A stretch of 64,000 nucleotides of DNA from Octopus vulgaris (GCA_951406725.2 OX597817.1:123442001-123506000); one strand, 5' to 3'; shown: positions 1 to 15,004, counted from the stretch's first letter. Numbers and translations are program-made. Notes: generated by a model from the letters alone, not told the origin.

Positions 1-357
1 TTTTTTTTCTTTTTTCTTTATTTTTGTCAAAAGGATTAACCAGAAGTTCCTCTAACTATTATTCACGTTTTGTTTATTTCCTTTTTCATTTTTGTGTGAG
101 AAGTACTTTGTATCAATAATTTCACCCATGACTTCGAGTTTATTTCATATGGTAATCAGGTCTCTTAAATTTTCCCTACGTGTAAGTGTGTTCAACTTAC
201 AGTATCCGGACCTAAGTTTAGTATAGAGATCATGAATATCTGGTTTTCGTAGCGATATGCCCGAAACTGTAGACAATTTCCATTATCCCTATCAGTTAGC
301 TTGATGGAAACTAAGTACAACTTAAATATTCATCTATGAGTTTATCCGATTTAAAAT

Positions 358-567
358 TGGTTTCAAATTTTGGCACAACGCCAGCAATTTCGGAGTAATG
401 GATAAGTCGGTTAATCTATCACAGTGTGCAACTGGTATTTACATTTTCGATCCCGAAAAGGATGAAAGGAAAACTTTGCTTTGGCGGAATTTGAACCTAG
501 AAAACAGACGAAACGGTGCAAAGGAATTTTCCCGACGTGTTAACTATTCTGTCAGCTTGCCGTCTTG
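358..567 (-). mobile_element. tRNA-derived SINE, family A (degenerate copy)
   Basis: Reverse complement matches the family A copies at 6645 and 34034 (B-box GTTCAAATTCC; central ...TTTCATCCTTTTCGGGATCGAAA). Confidence 0.8.
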
Positions 568-599
568 TCCGATTTAAAATTGCGAAATCCAGAAACCAA

Positions 600-1860
600 G
601 GTGATAGTTGTCATTAAATTGGAACTGCCTGAGCAAATTCCGAGTTTGATTTGATTTGTTTCATATCGCTGCTTTTGCACATTCCCCTGCGGGCGTCTGA
701 GATGCCATTCCAGTAATTCCAGTAACACTAGTGAACGAGATGTTCTGCGGAATGTTCTTAGACGTCAAAAGGAATTCAGCATTCCAGTTCCTATTTAACG
801 TAAACAGTCCGCACTCGAAAATTATTTTTTTCCTCCAATGCTGCTTGTATCCAGAACTACCACTATTATCCACATCTAGGAAAATTTCGCTTAACTGTAA
901 ACCTAGGCCGTAGAGAATTAGCAGTGTCAATTTATTCGATCTGCACATGCTAAAAAGTGTATAGAGTACATATTTATACGGAAGGATGGTGGTTTTTACT
1001 TCAAGCTGCTGGTGGTGTCGTTGTTGTTGTTGCTGGAGAAGTGGTGGTGTCCTTTTTAGCCACGGTCTTTTGTTTTATTTATTTTAATATTCGAGTTGCA
1101 AAACTTTTGTGCAGCTCCATGAAGACGTCTTTTGTCACACATCTATTCCTCTTTGTCGATCCTTTTTATTTCTATAATTTCTCCGACTGTTCGCTGCCAC
1201 ACATGTTAACTTCTTCATTTGATGTATTGGAATGTGTCAAAGTTGTTTCCTTGTGTGTTTAAACTTGTTCTTACATGCTTGTATCTAGTTGAAAGCCTTT
1301 TTTTTTCGGAACAGAGGCATTTCAGTTTGCTGTTGATGAAGCTCCTATTTTCCCCGACTGTTGTTGGTGTTGGTTTTTCTACTGCCTATTTTGTTGTGAT
1401 TTAGATGTAACTACAAATGAAATACTGGTAGCTGCAAGGGGTATCGCTCAAGACTTTATTATTCTCTTTGAGACAGAATGTTCACAAGTGGTTGGTTTTG
1501 TTATTGCATTTCGACCACCACGTTATTTTGCATTTTCAAACCAGAATCTGTGAAAGGTTTGGGACTTCAAGATCCCCAAATACATCATATCTGGAACTCC
1601 ATTGATATCGCTTCAGACTCCGCTGAGGAATAGCACGTTAGCCATCTTCATTTTTGTAGTTTGTTAACGCATGAGAATTATATAAGTGCAAATTTTTGTG
1701 ATCTGAAATTTGTATTTCGTATTCTACGTGTTTTCTGTCACTACATGACCCGCAACAGCCTTACGTCTTTAAGGCAGTTTCTGCTTGTGCTGGTCTGGGA
1801 TTTTCCAACTTCAATTTTATCGTTTCAGACAGTAGTATGGTACTGTTACTCTAGAATTAA
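600..1860 (-). mobile_element. Possible decayed LINE ORF1-like relic
   Basis: Coding-like composition with scattered stops; fragments such as DINGVPDMMYLG and NVVVE loosely resemble Tx1-type ORF1. No diagnostic motif is intact. Confidence 0.25.
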
Positions 1861-3902
1861 TTCACTCTTAATGAACTCGGATCAAAGGGGAAAAGTGAAT
1901 AAAAGCTTCACATTTAAAAATTTAATGTATATTTATTCTATATTCAACTACTGCCATAAATCTCAGTTTCTTATATTGATTGAAATTTTCGGGTGGAAAA
2001 ATCTTGATTACATCAGTTCAATACTTAACTGCTACTTACTTTATTGTCACCAAAAATGAAAGATAAAGTTGACCTCGATGAGATTTGAACACCAGCCGTA
2101 AAGGATCGTAAATAAAGTCTGCATGTATGATTTCTAACAGAGGCTCTATGTTACACATTCGGTGTGATGCTTTAGTTGATTTTATCGTTTCTACTACTTG
2201 ACTCGAAAAGCACAAAAAACCAAAGTCGGCTCCAGTAGGATTTGAACTCAGAACCAAAAAGGGCGTAAGTAAATTCCTGCCATGAATATTTGTAACGCTA
2301 TTTTATCCGCAGCGCAACATCCAAGCTTCCAGGATTAATAAGTAATAAAATTCAGCAAGGTATTGTAGGTCAATTCATTCATATATATACAAATCCTTTT
2401 TCTTCTTTTCCTGTACAATGTTGGCTTAGTGCCTGCGCAAAAAGAAATCGTTAAACGAGACACATATGAAACTACTGCAAATAATTCGTTTATCTCGTCC
2501 AAATGCCTGATCCACACTGATTTCGTCCAGCCAACAGATAAATTATATTTAAATCTTTAAACTCCTAAAAGTATCCAAATGTGCCAGCAAAAAGACATCA
2601 GAGGGAAGGTTATAATACGCACACATATACCATCATACACATTCACTTACAATATTTATATTATATACAAGTATTTATGCATATTTTCTTATTTATATCA
2701 GGGTATCAAGTAATCTTTTGAAATCTTTTACAAAACAAATCAAAAGTGTTTCTGATGTTTATGTTTCAACTGTTACATTATATCACCGCTTTCAAAACAC
2801 CATGGGATACGTAAACAGTAAAAATCTACATGCGGCTCTCTTTGCTTTTCCGCTGATAAAGGCGTCACGTGCCCATATATATATATGAATGTCTGACTGC
2901 TAGAAATAAGATCGTGTCCAGAAAAGATATCGAATTATTTTATGTATTTATTTCAGTATATGCCTTGATTTTATTTTTAAGTGTCTCTTCGTTTTAACTA
3001 TACTTATATATCATTGCATTTGGTCGATGCTTCTTACTAACTATAGTTACTGCAAAGATTTCTGAGCTTTATTTTTTCTCCTACATTTATAAAAGTCCTA
3101 TTTCTGTGATTTACTCTCAATGCTGCAGGTTCTGTTTCATAGTCATTTTTGTATCTACATTTTACCTCAAATAAAAGTAAAAACAAATACAAAAGAAAGA
3201 AATATTGTTAAGTAGAACGTCTAAAACCTCAGGTTGTTCAGAGACAGGAAAGGTTCAACTAAGTAGCGTAATGTAATCTTATTATTGCATTGAATATACC
3301 TTTTCTTTAGCTCTATCTGTGGAATTCAAAAGAAAAATATGTAATAAAATGTACATACATAAAATGGTGGACTGTTGGTTGGCTGGTATGTTGGATGGTT
3401 GGCTGGCTGGCTTGTTGGATAGATAGATGGATGCATAGATGAATGGGTAGATGGATGGTTGGAAGCACATTTTACTATTTATCAGTTTTCTCTCTAATCT
3501 CTCTTTCAATTTTGCTACTCTACATCTCTTTCTAACTGTCTAATACTCACTCAGTTTTATTGTTCCTATTTTCAGTCTAAGACAGATAAATAGATTTGTG
3601 CTTCTGTTCCAATTGCTCAGAGCAAAACTGGAAAAAAAAGAAAAAGAGAAAGAAAATAGAATTTAAAAGGAAGAAAAAATTCAAAAACAAAACAAACGAA
3701 AAATAGTGTCTTCAAATACAGAATAAAATGACAGGAAATAATTTATCTTAAAAGTATGCTGATTACGTACACAAAGATGGAATTATGTTCTATCTTTGAG
3801 CAAACTTACTAAAAATAAAGCTTAAATTGAGATAAATTTAATTATATACAGACAACTCAACAAAACAATTCCAGCATTTGTAACCAAGAAATTACCATTT
3901 GA

Positions 3903-4395
<493 letters not shown>

Positions 4396-4489
4396 GATAT
4401 GTGTGTATATCATTTCTACAGCTGTAGAAACCTTTGCTATTATAGATATTCTAATATTCTAGAGAATATCTTTCTAAATAAAATTAACA

Positions 4490-4494
<5 letters not shown>

Positions 4495-4553
<59 letters not shown>

Positions 4554-4555
4554 CA
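4495..4555. repeat. (AAT)n microsatellite
   Basis: Direct reading of the sequence. Confidence 0.95.
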
Positions 4556-5199
4556 ATTTTAAAACGATAAAAAAAGGTTAAATATTGTGTCAAAAAAGTA
4601 ACATTTTTTCTAAAGATAAAAAAAATTATATGGCTGTATTTTATCAAAAGATAAAAAGTGAAATCTTTATTATTGTATTGCAATTAGTTACATATTCTGA
4701 AAATGTATTCCAACTGTAAGTTTGCCTAAGAACTATGGTAAACTCGAAAATAAAAGTTAAAATATTTTGTTGTATCGTATCTTTTCTCTGAATTGATATC
4801 GTCTTTGAATAAAGTTAGATGATTCTTTGAAAGGACAGGGGTGGGGAGAAAAGTTGATAGAAATAAATAATAAAAAAAATAAACAGTATGTTGAGTATTA
4901 AATTTCATAATTTAATTTTTCATTTTTATCTGTCATTTCCGTATGTCAGTCTGAGTTGAATAAAATAACTTGATATCAAAATTACCGTCTCAAATGTACG
5001 AACACACGCAGAATTAAAATTTTTTCAGAAGCTATAATTTTTAGAGACCAATGTAGTAATCAAGCAGATATTATTCTAGACAACGTTCTAATGTATTTGG
5101 AGTTCAATTCTCATGCTGGTAATTTGTCCTTATTCCCGTTTTGCAGCAGGGAACTGCGCCAAACTGTTTCGGGAGCTGGGATGAAGAATAAAACTTTAT

Positions 5200-7130
5200 A
5201 TCTCTAAGTGCAAACGATGCATATCACATATAATGATTATAGTTATTGAAGAAAATTGAATTTCATACAACAGAACTTTTTAAAATATCTTTCAGTGAGA
5301 AAAATGCAGTTAAAATAGTCGTGGAATAAAACACCGCGTGCATAAAATTTATAAACTACATACAAACGAGGAATGGCATTAGCTGTAATATTTTGTCGCA
5401 GAGCAAATTCTCAAAGATACTCGCATATTGAAAACACAGTGTAGCTGAGGACATTAATGGGTCGCAGCTGGGTTTCAACCTGATTTTATTCTCCTTAGTG
5501 ATAATTCTGAACTAAACCTAAAATACTTCTTCCGATACAGAATGTGGTCTAGGATGTCTTTGTGACTTCAACAGCAGCAATGTACTAGATGTTGGTCTCA
5601 GTCTAGCTCTGTAGAAAATTTAGTAGTTCTTGAGAGCTAAAGTGTTTTCTAGCTCTAATAGAAGTGTTCCACGGTGATAATGAAGCCTATAGCACTTGAA
5701 GCTGTCCGCAGAAGTGTAGCTTAACGTCAATGTGAGATGCATTAAGATTTATATATTCTCTGATTATTGTTATCATGTTTTTGTGGATGTCAAAAGAAAT
5801 GAGACTACTATCCTCACTATTAGGTTCTTTCGATATTTCTGTTCATGGGGGCAGTACAGAATCGGCAGAAGGTGTCCACCTAAATGTGGAAGCTGCTTAG
5901 CTGTAGAAGATTAGGAAGGAATAAATATTGTTATCATGTACCATGTAGGACTGGATATTACTGGAGCTGACGGTTAATAGGTCGTTAGCGTTCCAGTGAA
6001 GAGCGTTGAAAACAAAATGGAAAACTGGATAGAGTAGGGTCCAAAACGAGTACCACCTACACGCGTCGCTACTGGTGATTTGGTAGGAAGCTGCTGCTAA
6101 ATGAAGGGTTGAGAGACATATGGCACCCATATGGGGGTAGTCTTGACAACAAATTCGTATACCCCATACGGCCAAAGGTTTTACTGTTGTCGAGGACAAC
6201 AACTCTGCTTTCACCAAACTTTTCAAGGGCAAAAGTTCACCAGTGAGTTACATAGAAGAATAGATCTTGGTCAGGAAGCTGCAGTGTCAGAGCGGTTGCT
6301 CTTTTATAGAGTCGGGAAACGCTGAAGATCAAATTATATCCAGAGAGAGAGAGAGAGAGAAAGAGGCAGGAGAGCGAGATTGAAGCATTTAGTGAGTTCA
6401 TGAGCTAGATTTGGAGGTCATTGTTTTAGAAGATAAACGATATTCTGATAACCGGTTCCAATGATAATTTCAAGCAAGAAAAGCATTTTATCACTTGATG
6501 TAAATATGCTTGTCATAATGAATCTTATGGTGAAGATGATATTTTTGGAACAAGCAGTGTATGCAGTGTAGAATTGGATACAAATTCAGCAGCAGTGGAG
6601 ACATTTTCCGAGTGTGCTTTGCTTACAGAAACATTATTCCTGGAAGGCGGTGAGCTGGCAGAAACGTTAGCACGCCGGGCAAAATGCTTTGTGGCATTTC
6701 GCCCGCCGCTTTATTCTGAGTTCAAATTCCGCCAAGGTTGACTTTGCCTTTCACCCTTTCGGGGTCGATAAATTAAGTACCAGTTACACACTGGAGTCGA
6801 TGTAATCGACTTAATCCGTTTGTCTGTCCTTGTTTGTCCCCTCTATGTTTAGCCCATTGTGGGCAATATAGAAATAAGAAACATTATGCCTGGATGATGG
6901 AGGAAAGAACAATTACATAAATATATTAAAGACCCTTTTCTGCAAGGCCTCAGAAGAACCGTATGCAGTTAAACAAGGTGAAGAACCCGAGAGGTTTGTG
7001 ATGTATGTATTAAAATACATTTCTATAGTGAGAACTATGGTCTTGTAGTAGTTGTGGTGTTGAAAAAAAAAGGCAAAAGAACAATTAAATTTTAGCGCCT
7101 GCTAGTTTTCTCCAAGTGCTGTTGGTATTT
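5200..7130 (-). mobile_element. Highly decayed LINE relic (CR1/Jockey-like), interrupted by a SINE
   Basis: Coding-like composition; minus-strand remnant near 6120-6160 resembles the post-RT PxxEYxxxxW region; many stops. Confidence 0.4.
6645..6876 (+). mobile_element. tRNA-derived SINE family A with 18-bp target-site duplication
   Basis: Head GGCGGTGAGCTGGCAGAAACGTTAG, B-box GTTCAAATTCC, central GACTTTGCCTTTCACCCTTTCGGGGTCGATAAA (Meta-SINE-like). TSD AGAAACATTATTCCTGGA (6627-6644) / AGAAACATTATGCCTGGA (6877-6894). Confidence 0.9.
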
Positions 7131-7789
7131 TCATCTCAGAAAATTTGACATCTAATCAACTCAAGTTTCCTGCAAAGCTCTTAATATTGGAGTTATTTGT
7201 TGATGTATTTCTTGTTGATTAATTATGAATCAGCTTTGAGTGAGTAACTATAAGAGAAAAATCACTATGAGAAAAGATTTTCCACCTATGATAATTCATT
7301 TCTTGTGTTTATCTAAGTCGCAGTTAACCGGTATGATATTTCTCATTTAAGAAGTTGAAGTTGCGCTTTCGTTCTTTGTTCAAGCTTGTGGAAGAACTCG
7401 TAAAGGTGTCGTTGGGTTATTTTCGGTTTATCATTATGACATCACAAAATGACAACTTTAAAACAGCAACAGAAAGTAAACAGAAAGTATAATATATTAT
7501 TGTTTTGTTTTGTTAGTCGTCATACAGTAACGAGTAATAAAATAGTCTCAACTACGATCATCCCTTTATATATATACATATGTGTGCGTACGTATTTTGC
7601 ACACATATATATGTATGTGTGTATGTATGAAATGTATGTAATGTGTGTGTGTGCATGTGAGTGTGTTGTCCAACGTATCCTTCCTTTCAAAGGCGATAGT
7701 TTTTTCTTTGAGAGAAGTTTATTGCTATTTCTAGATGGTTGAGCTACCACATTGTGTCATCGATGTTTTTTAACAGCAACTGATCCCAA

Positions 7790-7980
7790 AAAACGAAAAC
7801 AAAGCACAAGAAAAAATACAACGCGAAGACGTGATACATGCAAAGTATTAAAAGACGCTCGGGGAAGGAAAGAAAGGGTGTTTTACGTTTCGAGCAAAGC
7901 TTTTCTTCAAAAGCAGGAAACAGAGGAAGGTCCAAGAGAAAAGGAAGATGGAAGAAAAAAACGTCAATAATCTACATGTA
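7790..7980 (-). mobile_element. Penelope-type pLTR fragment with hammerhead-like motif (7880-7914)
   Basis: Minus strand GCTT-TTGAAGA-A-AAGC-TTT-GCTC-GAAAC-GTA-AAAC; context resembles the 17165 and 22410 repeats. Confidence 0.6.
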
Positions 7981-8004
7981 GTTTGGAATGCATGTATATA
8001 TAAC

Positions 8005-8228
8005 GATAGATAGGTAGGTAAGTAGATAGGTAGATAGGTAGATAGGTAGGTAGGTAGGTATGTAGGTATGTATGTATGTATGTTTGTATGTATGTATGTA
8101 TGTATGTAGGTAGGTAGGTAGGTAGGTAGGTAGGTAGGTAGGTAGGTAGGTAGGTAGGTAGGTAGGTAGGTAGGTAGGTAGGTAGGTAGAGAGATAGGTA
8201 GATAGGTAGATAGATAGATAGATAGATA
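8005..8228. repeat. (TAGG)n/(TATG)n/(TAGA)n compound tetranucleotide microsatellite
   Basis: Direct reading of the sequence. Confidence 0.95.
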
Positions 8229-10151
8229 TCATTAAAAATATTTGTTGGCATGCCTTTCATTTTCATTTTGTATGCTTTTGCTGCCCTCCTTGCTTAGTTG
8301 ATTCTTCTGTTTAACATATCGCATGAATGTCGTGTCTTCTTTCTAAAACTCGAAGTTATGCATAAATGGCCAAGTTTGTTTATTTAATTTTAATTCTGAA
8401 CAATAGGGTTAGAAGCTTAATATCTGCCATTATGTACGATGGAGTTGAACTCAGCACTTTACCCTGATGAGCCATTTGTCACTCATAATATTCTGTAGGG
8501 CATGTTTTTAGTTAGATTGACTTGGCTGTTAAGAGTTAGGTATCTTGACCATTAGCAGTGCCACAAGGCAGAACAGATTAGAGAATTCTAATCACCATCA
8601 CCTCTCAACTGGTTATGTCGCATCTTCTCAATCTATTCATCTGTGTCTTCGGTGTACATGTCTTAAATTCAAATGCTCAATTAAATTTAAATGTAATTTA
8701 ATATTTTGTCAGTAATCTTCTTACAAAGCATACATGCACTGCCATTTTACAAATTGGGAAGATAGTTCCACTTATACAGAACCTGCTCAATTAGAATGAA
8801 AACTGTGTTGGCGTTTTTATTGCTTCATAATATCTTTGTTGTCTGTTTGCTTTAATATATAAATTTCTGTAGGTTAGATTATGTGTTTTAATGAATGTTT
8901 TATGATTAGAGCTTTAACCTGTTTGTAGATATTGACTTGAGAAAAAAAAAAAGAGATTCATGTTTAAATCACTAAATTAACCATAGCACAGTTATCTTGC
9001 TCACCAGTGTAATTTGATTAGATTTTTAATAGCAATCAAAAAAATCTTACTCTATAAATATATTCTTTTATAGCATTTTTATCAACGAAATCATGTAATT
9101 TTTTAAAAATATCTTCTCTTAAAACAAAGAGATTGAATATTAAAATATCAATACAAGCCAAGATTCACATTGAAAATTTTAAATTTGATTTAAAACATCA
9201 AAGTTATATCTCATTAGTGAAGAATGACTAACAAAACAAAAGATATATTCATTAATAGAAATTTTGTAATTAACTGCCAAATAATAATTGAGAACAATAA
9301 GCACAACCCATTTAGGATAATAAACAATAATTATCTTGCTAAAATTAGAAATAAAGTAACACAGAGTTGTTTTTCTGCATTAGAGGTCTTGCATGTATAA
9401 TCTATTCAAATATTATAACCAAAGATGAATTCATTAAAGAAACAATAAAACTACGTTTTATATTAAGACTCTTATTTAATTAATGAAAACACACACACAT
9501 AAAGAAAATGAAACAAATTATTATGATATAAAAGACAAAACTTTTATATTAAATTCAACTGTAAAGCGACTGGCTGCAAATAGAAATTTATATGCAACAC
9601 CATTTTTTCTTCATTGTCTATCACGCGTCCAGTATGACAATTCATCACATGTGATTCCTGATTTCAGAGTAGGTTGAATTCTAAGACATCAACCACCATA
9701 TGAGGCTATAATCAGAACTAAAATCTAGATCTAAAACCAATTTATATATTAATAAACCTGATCAGATTTTTTTCTTTTTCGTTTTTATTTCGAGTAGTTG
9801 CAATTGAATTCTGGTTCATCCTGTCAAGAGTCCTTGTCCATCAATTTTAGATCGTTTGTCTTTGCCAGTAGCATTAACGTAGTTGAGTGACCTTTGTCCT
9901 CTATTCGAGAGCGAAAATTGCCCAAATATTTCATCTGATACTTCGTGGTATTCAGCAAAATAGCAATGTTCAGCAAATACATGCAACAATAACAGAGACG
10001 GTGGGATGTATTCATAATTCCCTATTTATGCTTTTACAATTAAGTGTTTTGAGTCCCAGTGAGCCCTTGATGAATGTTCATTACTGTAGTATTTTCTTGT
10101 TAACTTGCCATTAGGAAGACTGCAACTTCAAGAAACATGTTAGTTATACAG

Positions 10152-10253
10152 CAGTGGTTCCCAAGCTGGGGTCCGTGGACCCCTGGTGATCCGCAAAGGT
10201 AATACTGAGGGTCCGTGAGCTGAATTCAAAATTTCACACACACACATATACAT

Positions 10254-10319
<66 letters not shown>

Positions 10320-10459
10320 CCCATATAATACAGTAAATGAATTGATTGCATCGCAACCATTAACATTTATGTATTAACTTTGTTGGGTACTTCACTAGCA
10401 GTATATTGGATATTTGTTATCCCATAGAGGGTTGCATTTACAACCCCTATCTCAATTTG

Positions 10460-10500
<41 letters not shown>

Positions 10501-10507
10501 TTACCCT

Positions 10508-10554
<47 letters not shown>

Positions 10555-10663
10555 GTAAGCATATTAAAAGGGGGCCGTGGAAAAACTCATTTAAATAAAA
10601 GGTTTGGGAACTACTGTTGGAAACCACTGCTGGGAACCAGTGTGAAAAAGTTGAGAACCACTG
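10152..10663. mobile_element. hAT (Charlie/Buster-like) non-autonomous element (MITE)
   Basis: TIR CAGTGGTTCCCAA / TTGAGAACCACTG; imperfect 8-bp TSD TTATACAG / TCATATAG with central TA; subterminal GGGGTCCGTGGACCCC motifs. Confidence 0.8.
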
Positions 10664-10925
10664 TCATATAGTAACCTTGCTTATTGCAACAATGATTTGT
10701 CCCAATACTACGATACCTTATTATAGCTAGATTGAGTGATTAGGATTCAAAATTCAATCTATTATGATACTGCGGTATTCAAGGGTTTGATAATTGAATC
10801 TATTATGAGACAACGGTATTCAGGATGCAATTATGAAAATCGTAATCTAGAATACAGTAAACAAAAGTAATCACTCCCGAGACTAATGTTCATTGTAATT
10901 ACCTGAAAATACATTCAGATGTATA

Positions 10926-11140
10926 AGGTGGTAAACTGGCAGAATCGTTAGCTCGCCGGAAAATATTCTTAGTGGCATTTCGCCCGTCTTCACATTCCGA
11001 GTTCAAATGCAGTCGAGTCGACTTTGGCTTTCATCCTTCGGGGTTGATAAAATAAGTACCATTGGTGCATAGGGGTTGATCTAATTGCCTAGACCCCTGC
11101 CCCCAAATTGCTGGCCTTATGCTTTTAGTAGAAAGGAATA
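10926..11140 (+). mobile_element. SINE family A
   Basis: AAGGTGGTAAACTGGCAGAATCGTTAG head; GTCGACTTTGGCTTTCATCCTTCGGGG centre; TTTAGTAGAAAGG tail. Confidence 0.85.
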
Positions 11141-12185
11141 TATTCAGATATAAAATGGGCAGAAAGTCAACCATTTTGGGGAATAGGAATTGTCCGTTAC
11201 GTAGTTCCAGTACATCTCTTGTACTTATTTTATCAATCTCGGATTCGTAAATTCTATTAATGCCAAAACATATTAATCAAGATCATGCTATACAAACATT
11301 AAAATAATATCTTAACGCTTAATGCTTAAAACTTCCATTCTATTTAAAATAATTCTAGTATTAATTTTAGAGATGCTGTTTAACTTCCGCTCCGCGATGT
11401 AACTTAATACCAAATGCATACCAGCCATGACCATTCCATCTTTTTGTGTGCTTCTAGGACTATATTATTTAACATAAATCATTCTCTTTAAAGTTGAAAG
11501 AAAATGATTTAATGCCAATATGGCTGCTATCTCTGCCACATCCAGTAATCACGTAGAGATATTCTGGAACGAAGATGGTTTTTGTGTAGTCTTGGGTCAG
11601 TGCTGTGGCATTTCGGTAGTCGGCTGAACGTCGAAATACAACTCACGGATGCAATGTCTCACTTAACATAGAAGGAAAATAAAGGGTGTCATGTTCGAAC
11701 TATCTTCTAACCGTTGCCATCCTGTCATCTGTCATTCCTCACATAGTTTGCTCAATACATTAAAACAACAGATTTGTCGTAGTGTTAGAGCGTCGAACAG
11801 ACTATCTGTTCTGGATATCTGTTCTGGATATCTTAGCTCTGATTTCAAATCCCGCTAAGGTTACAAATTTGTTTTTAATCCTTTTGGAATCGATAAATAC
11901 AATACAAACCTACTGCTAAGGCCGATTCTTCTGACATACTTCCTAGACTGTACTTGCAATTCGAAAGATCTAGAAACTCCGCGTGCATTCACTGCTCTGA
12001 GTGCCAATCCTAGCAAGGTCAAATTTGTCTTTCATCATTCCAGAGTTGAAGAATAAAGTATAAGAGAGAAGGATTGAAAAAGGGTCGAATAACCACTTTT
12101 ATAGAAAAACCATAAATGACTCTGAAGCCACTTAAGAATGGCTTGGTGTGCAGTAAGCAAATGAACAATATCAAAAAAAGGAAAG

Positions 12186-12395
12186 GTAGAGAAGTGACGG
12201 AATTGTTACCACACCAGGCAAGTTGCTTAGCGGCATTTCGTCCGTCTCTACGTTCTAAGTTCAAATTCCGCCGACGCCGACTTCGCCTTTCGTCTTTTTG
12301 AGGTCTACAAAATAAGTACAAGTTGAAAACTGAGGTCAATTTAATAGACTTGGCCTCGACCCAAAACCTATTGGCTTTGTGCTGATATTTGAAAC
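12186..12395 (+). mobile_element. SINE family A (degenerate)
   Basis: GCGGCATTTCGTCCGTC...GTTCAAATTCCGCCG...TTTGAAAC tail. Confidence 0.8.
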
Positions 12396-13059
12396 ATATA
12401 TTAGAGAAAATGGATTCTACTTTTACTAAATTAAATTTTACAAATCTTTCTTTAAAAGAACAACAACTTTATACCTATATCAAAGGGTCCAAAATCTTGC
12501 CAAATGCCCAAAAAGAAGATTCTACATGCTATGCCCACCCAATTGAATGACTTTTGTACGATAATGTTATCCAGTGAGTTTAGGTATTTTTGATGATTAG
12601 CTTTATATCAACCATGATCGAACTGACCTCTGATCAAAGACGTTTTTGTCAGGTCTGTCCCATTATTTTTTCCGTAACCAGGAATAGGTTCTTCAATCAG
12701 GAATACGTATCTTGCCTTTAATACGGCAACGGATGGTGATTTAAAACAGAGAATTGATAGCTATTTCTAACCAAACAAGCAAACGCATATATGTTCCATT
12801 ATGCGCTCGTTGGATTTGCTTCGGCGTTTCCTGGTGGAGTGAGAAACCCATCAGAGACTACTTTAACGACGCACACATTAAATGTAAGGTATTCCTAGAA
12901 TAGTGAATGAAAGAAAGCTGCAGATTTATTTTAAAATATCGACTTTACAAACCTAATTTTCTCTTTAAGTTATCAGTTTAATAACCATGCAACTGTTTGA
13001 CTAACTTTTCCATACCAACATTTATGCTTATATGTGTCCTATATAAATTCCTTATATAA

Positions 13060-13414
13060 ATATCGTATATGTATGTATGTGTTTACATACATGAGATATT
13101 TATAGGTATAAATGTTAGCTCAGAAGAGATTGTCTAAATATAAATACGCATGCACGTACATATATATATATGCATATTATTATATATACTCACACATTTT
13201 CAAGTGTACGAATCCCGCTCTTTTTCTCTCTTTCACTTTCTCTCTATACACACACACCTTCACACAAACATACATATATATATATATATATATGTGCGTG
13301 TGTATGTATACATATATATATATGTGTGTGTGTGTATGTGTGTACATATATATGTATATGTATATAATTACATGGTTATTATACACCTATTTGTGTATTC
13401 ATATGAACATGATC

Positions 13415-13447
<33 letters not shown>

Positions 13448-13479
13448 CATATGTGTGTATGTATGTATGTATATATACA

Positions 13480-13533
<54 letters not shown>

Positions 13534-13592
13534 ATCATGTTCATATGCATATATGTATATATAATCATGTTCATATGTATATATATATATAT
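13060..13592. repeat. (TA)n/(TG)n low-complexity tract
   Basis: Direct reading; source of the YI-rich spurious ORFs. Confidence 0.9.
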
Positions 13593-14083
13593 TAAAAATC
13601 TTACACCACTTGTTAATGAAATATTATCGATCATGTACGCTATCTTTTCAATAAATCAAATCGTTTTCCCCCATGAATTTAATTATACGTCATCCTTTAC
13701 ATCATCAAAGAAGCATTGATTCTGTTAAAAAAAAAGGAGTAAATTTCTAAGTTATTACACAGTATGTTTGTTAGTTTTATGGCTGGATATTTCAACTCAT
13801 GTCTTTAATGTAGAATTTTTGAGCGCTCGTATCTAAAAAAAAACAACAATTTTTTTTTTCATTTTTTAAGCTTAAAATTGTTAAAGTTAAAATATGTCAA
13901 TTAACTGAAATCAGAAGAAACGTAAATTAAAAATAACGTTGGAACTTGAATCTCGGATTTAAACTCGAATTGAAATTGTACAAAAAAAGAAAAACAGAAC
14001 TTGACTCGATAAAGCTAAATTCTGTTTCTTTTGTTGAATTTGGATTTTAGGTCTCTCTCTCTATCTCTATCTCTTTCGCTTTT

Positions 14084-14117
<34 letters not shown>

Positions 14118-14249
14118 TGTATGTATATGTATACGTATACATATGTTGAATGATCAATTCAAACGTGTTTTTACTCCCCCTATGGAGTACATGCAAGTAA
14201 GTCAACATAATGAATTCTTTGTCACTGCAGCTGCTCATAGGGAGGCAGC

Positions 14250-14775
14250 AACGATCGATTACATTAGCATAAAAGATGTAATAAGCCTAAACTCATTCAC
14301 AGGTTCTGATGGACTCCCAGCGATCTTTTTAAAAGGAAAGTAAACAAGCCCTAACAAAACCACTGCAGTCTCACTTCCAGAGCTTCCTTGCAACTGATAA
14401 GCTTCCAGGCAAGTTAAAGGAGTGTAGAAAGGCGGAAGTAGAGCAAGTTAAAGGAAGACTTCCAGATAAGTCAAAGAAAACCATAAAGACGGAAACAGAG
14501 CAGATGCTAAATGTTACAAGACAATATCTCTGATCTCACGCATCAGCAATGTCATGGAACGAACAGCCAGAAAGAAAGTAATCACGTTCTTTGAAGAAAA
14601 TTACTTATCAAATGACACCTAATGGGGTTTTCAACCAGGAGGAAGTTCTCTGACACACCTTCTGCATCATTGACACAAGGTATCAAAACAATTACTTAAA
14701 CACACAAAGGTGGTTGGAATATATTTCGACCTTGTGAAAATCAACGATAAAGGTGATGCTAGGATGGAATCACCT
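14250..14775 (+). mobile_element. CR1-like LINE reverse transcriptase fragment (pseudogenised)
   Basis: Remnants GSDGLPAIFL, YKTISLISRISNVMER, WGFQPGGSSLTHLL and IYFDLVKINDKGD align with RT motifs GPDG, YRPISL, QHGFR and YLDFxKAFDKV. Confidence 0.8.
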
Positions 14776-15004
14776 ATATACATCAGCGACAGAGGCAGTA
14801 TTAATGCCGTTAGGTGATATTTATATCCACTTAACACATACAGCGCGACGCACCATGATCGTGGCCCAGATAGTTGCATGTAATGTATGGGCGTTTGCTG
14901 GTGTTTAATGTCACTCAAACGTTCCGATACTCCCCAGAATGCAGGAGGGCTAATAGTTCAACTAATGACTTTGTAAATCTTGCCACTATTATATTTTATT
15001 TTTT

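Noticed and set aside
225-280. GATATGCCCGAAACTGTAGAC as a hammerhead
   Set aside because: No recognisable CTGANGA box upstream and no convincing stem I.
2745-2802. GTGTTTC...AAACAC-bounded possible ribozyme on the minus strand
   Set aside because: Core and stem II are too degenerate to support a call.
8463-8505. CTGATGAG box
   Set aside because: No matching stem II-GAAA downstream.
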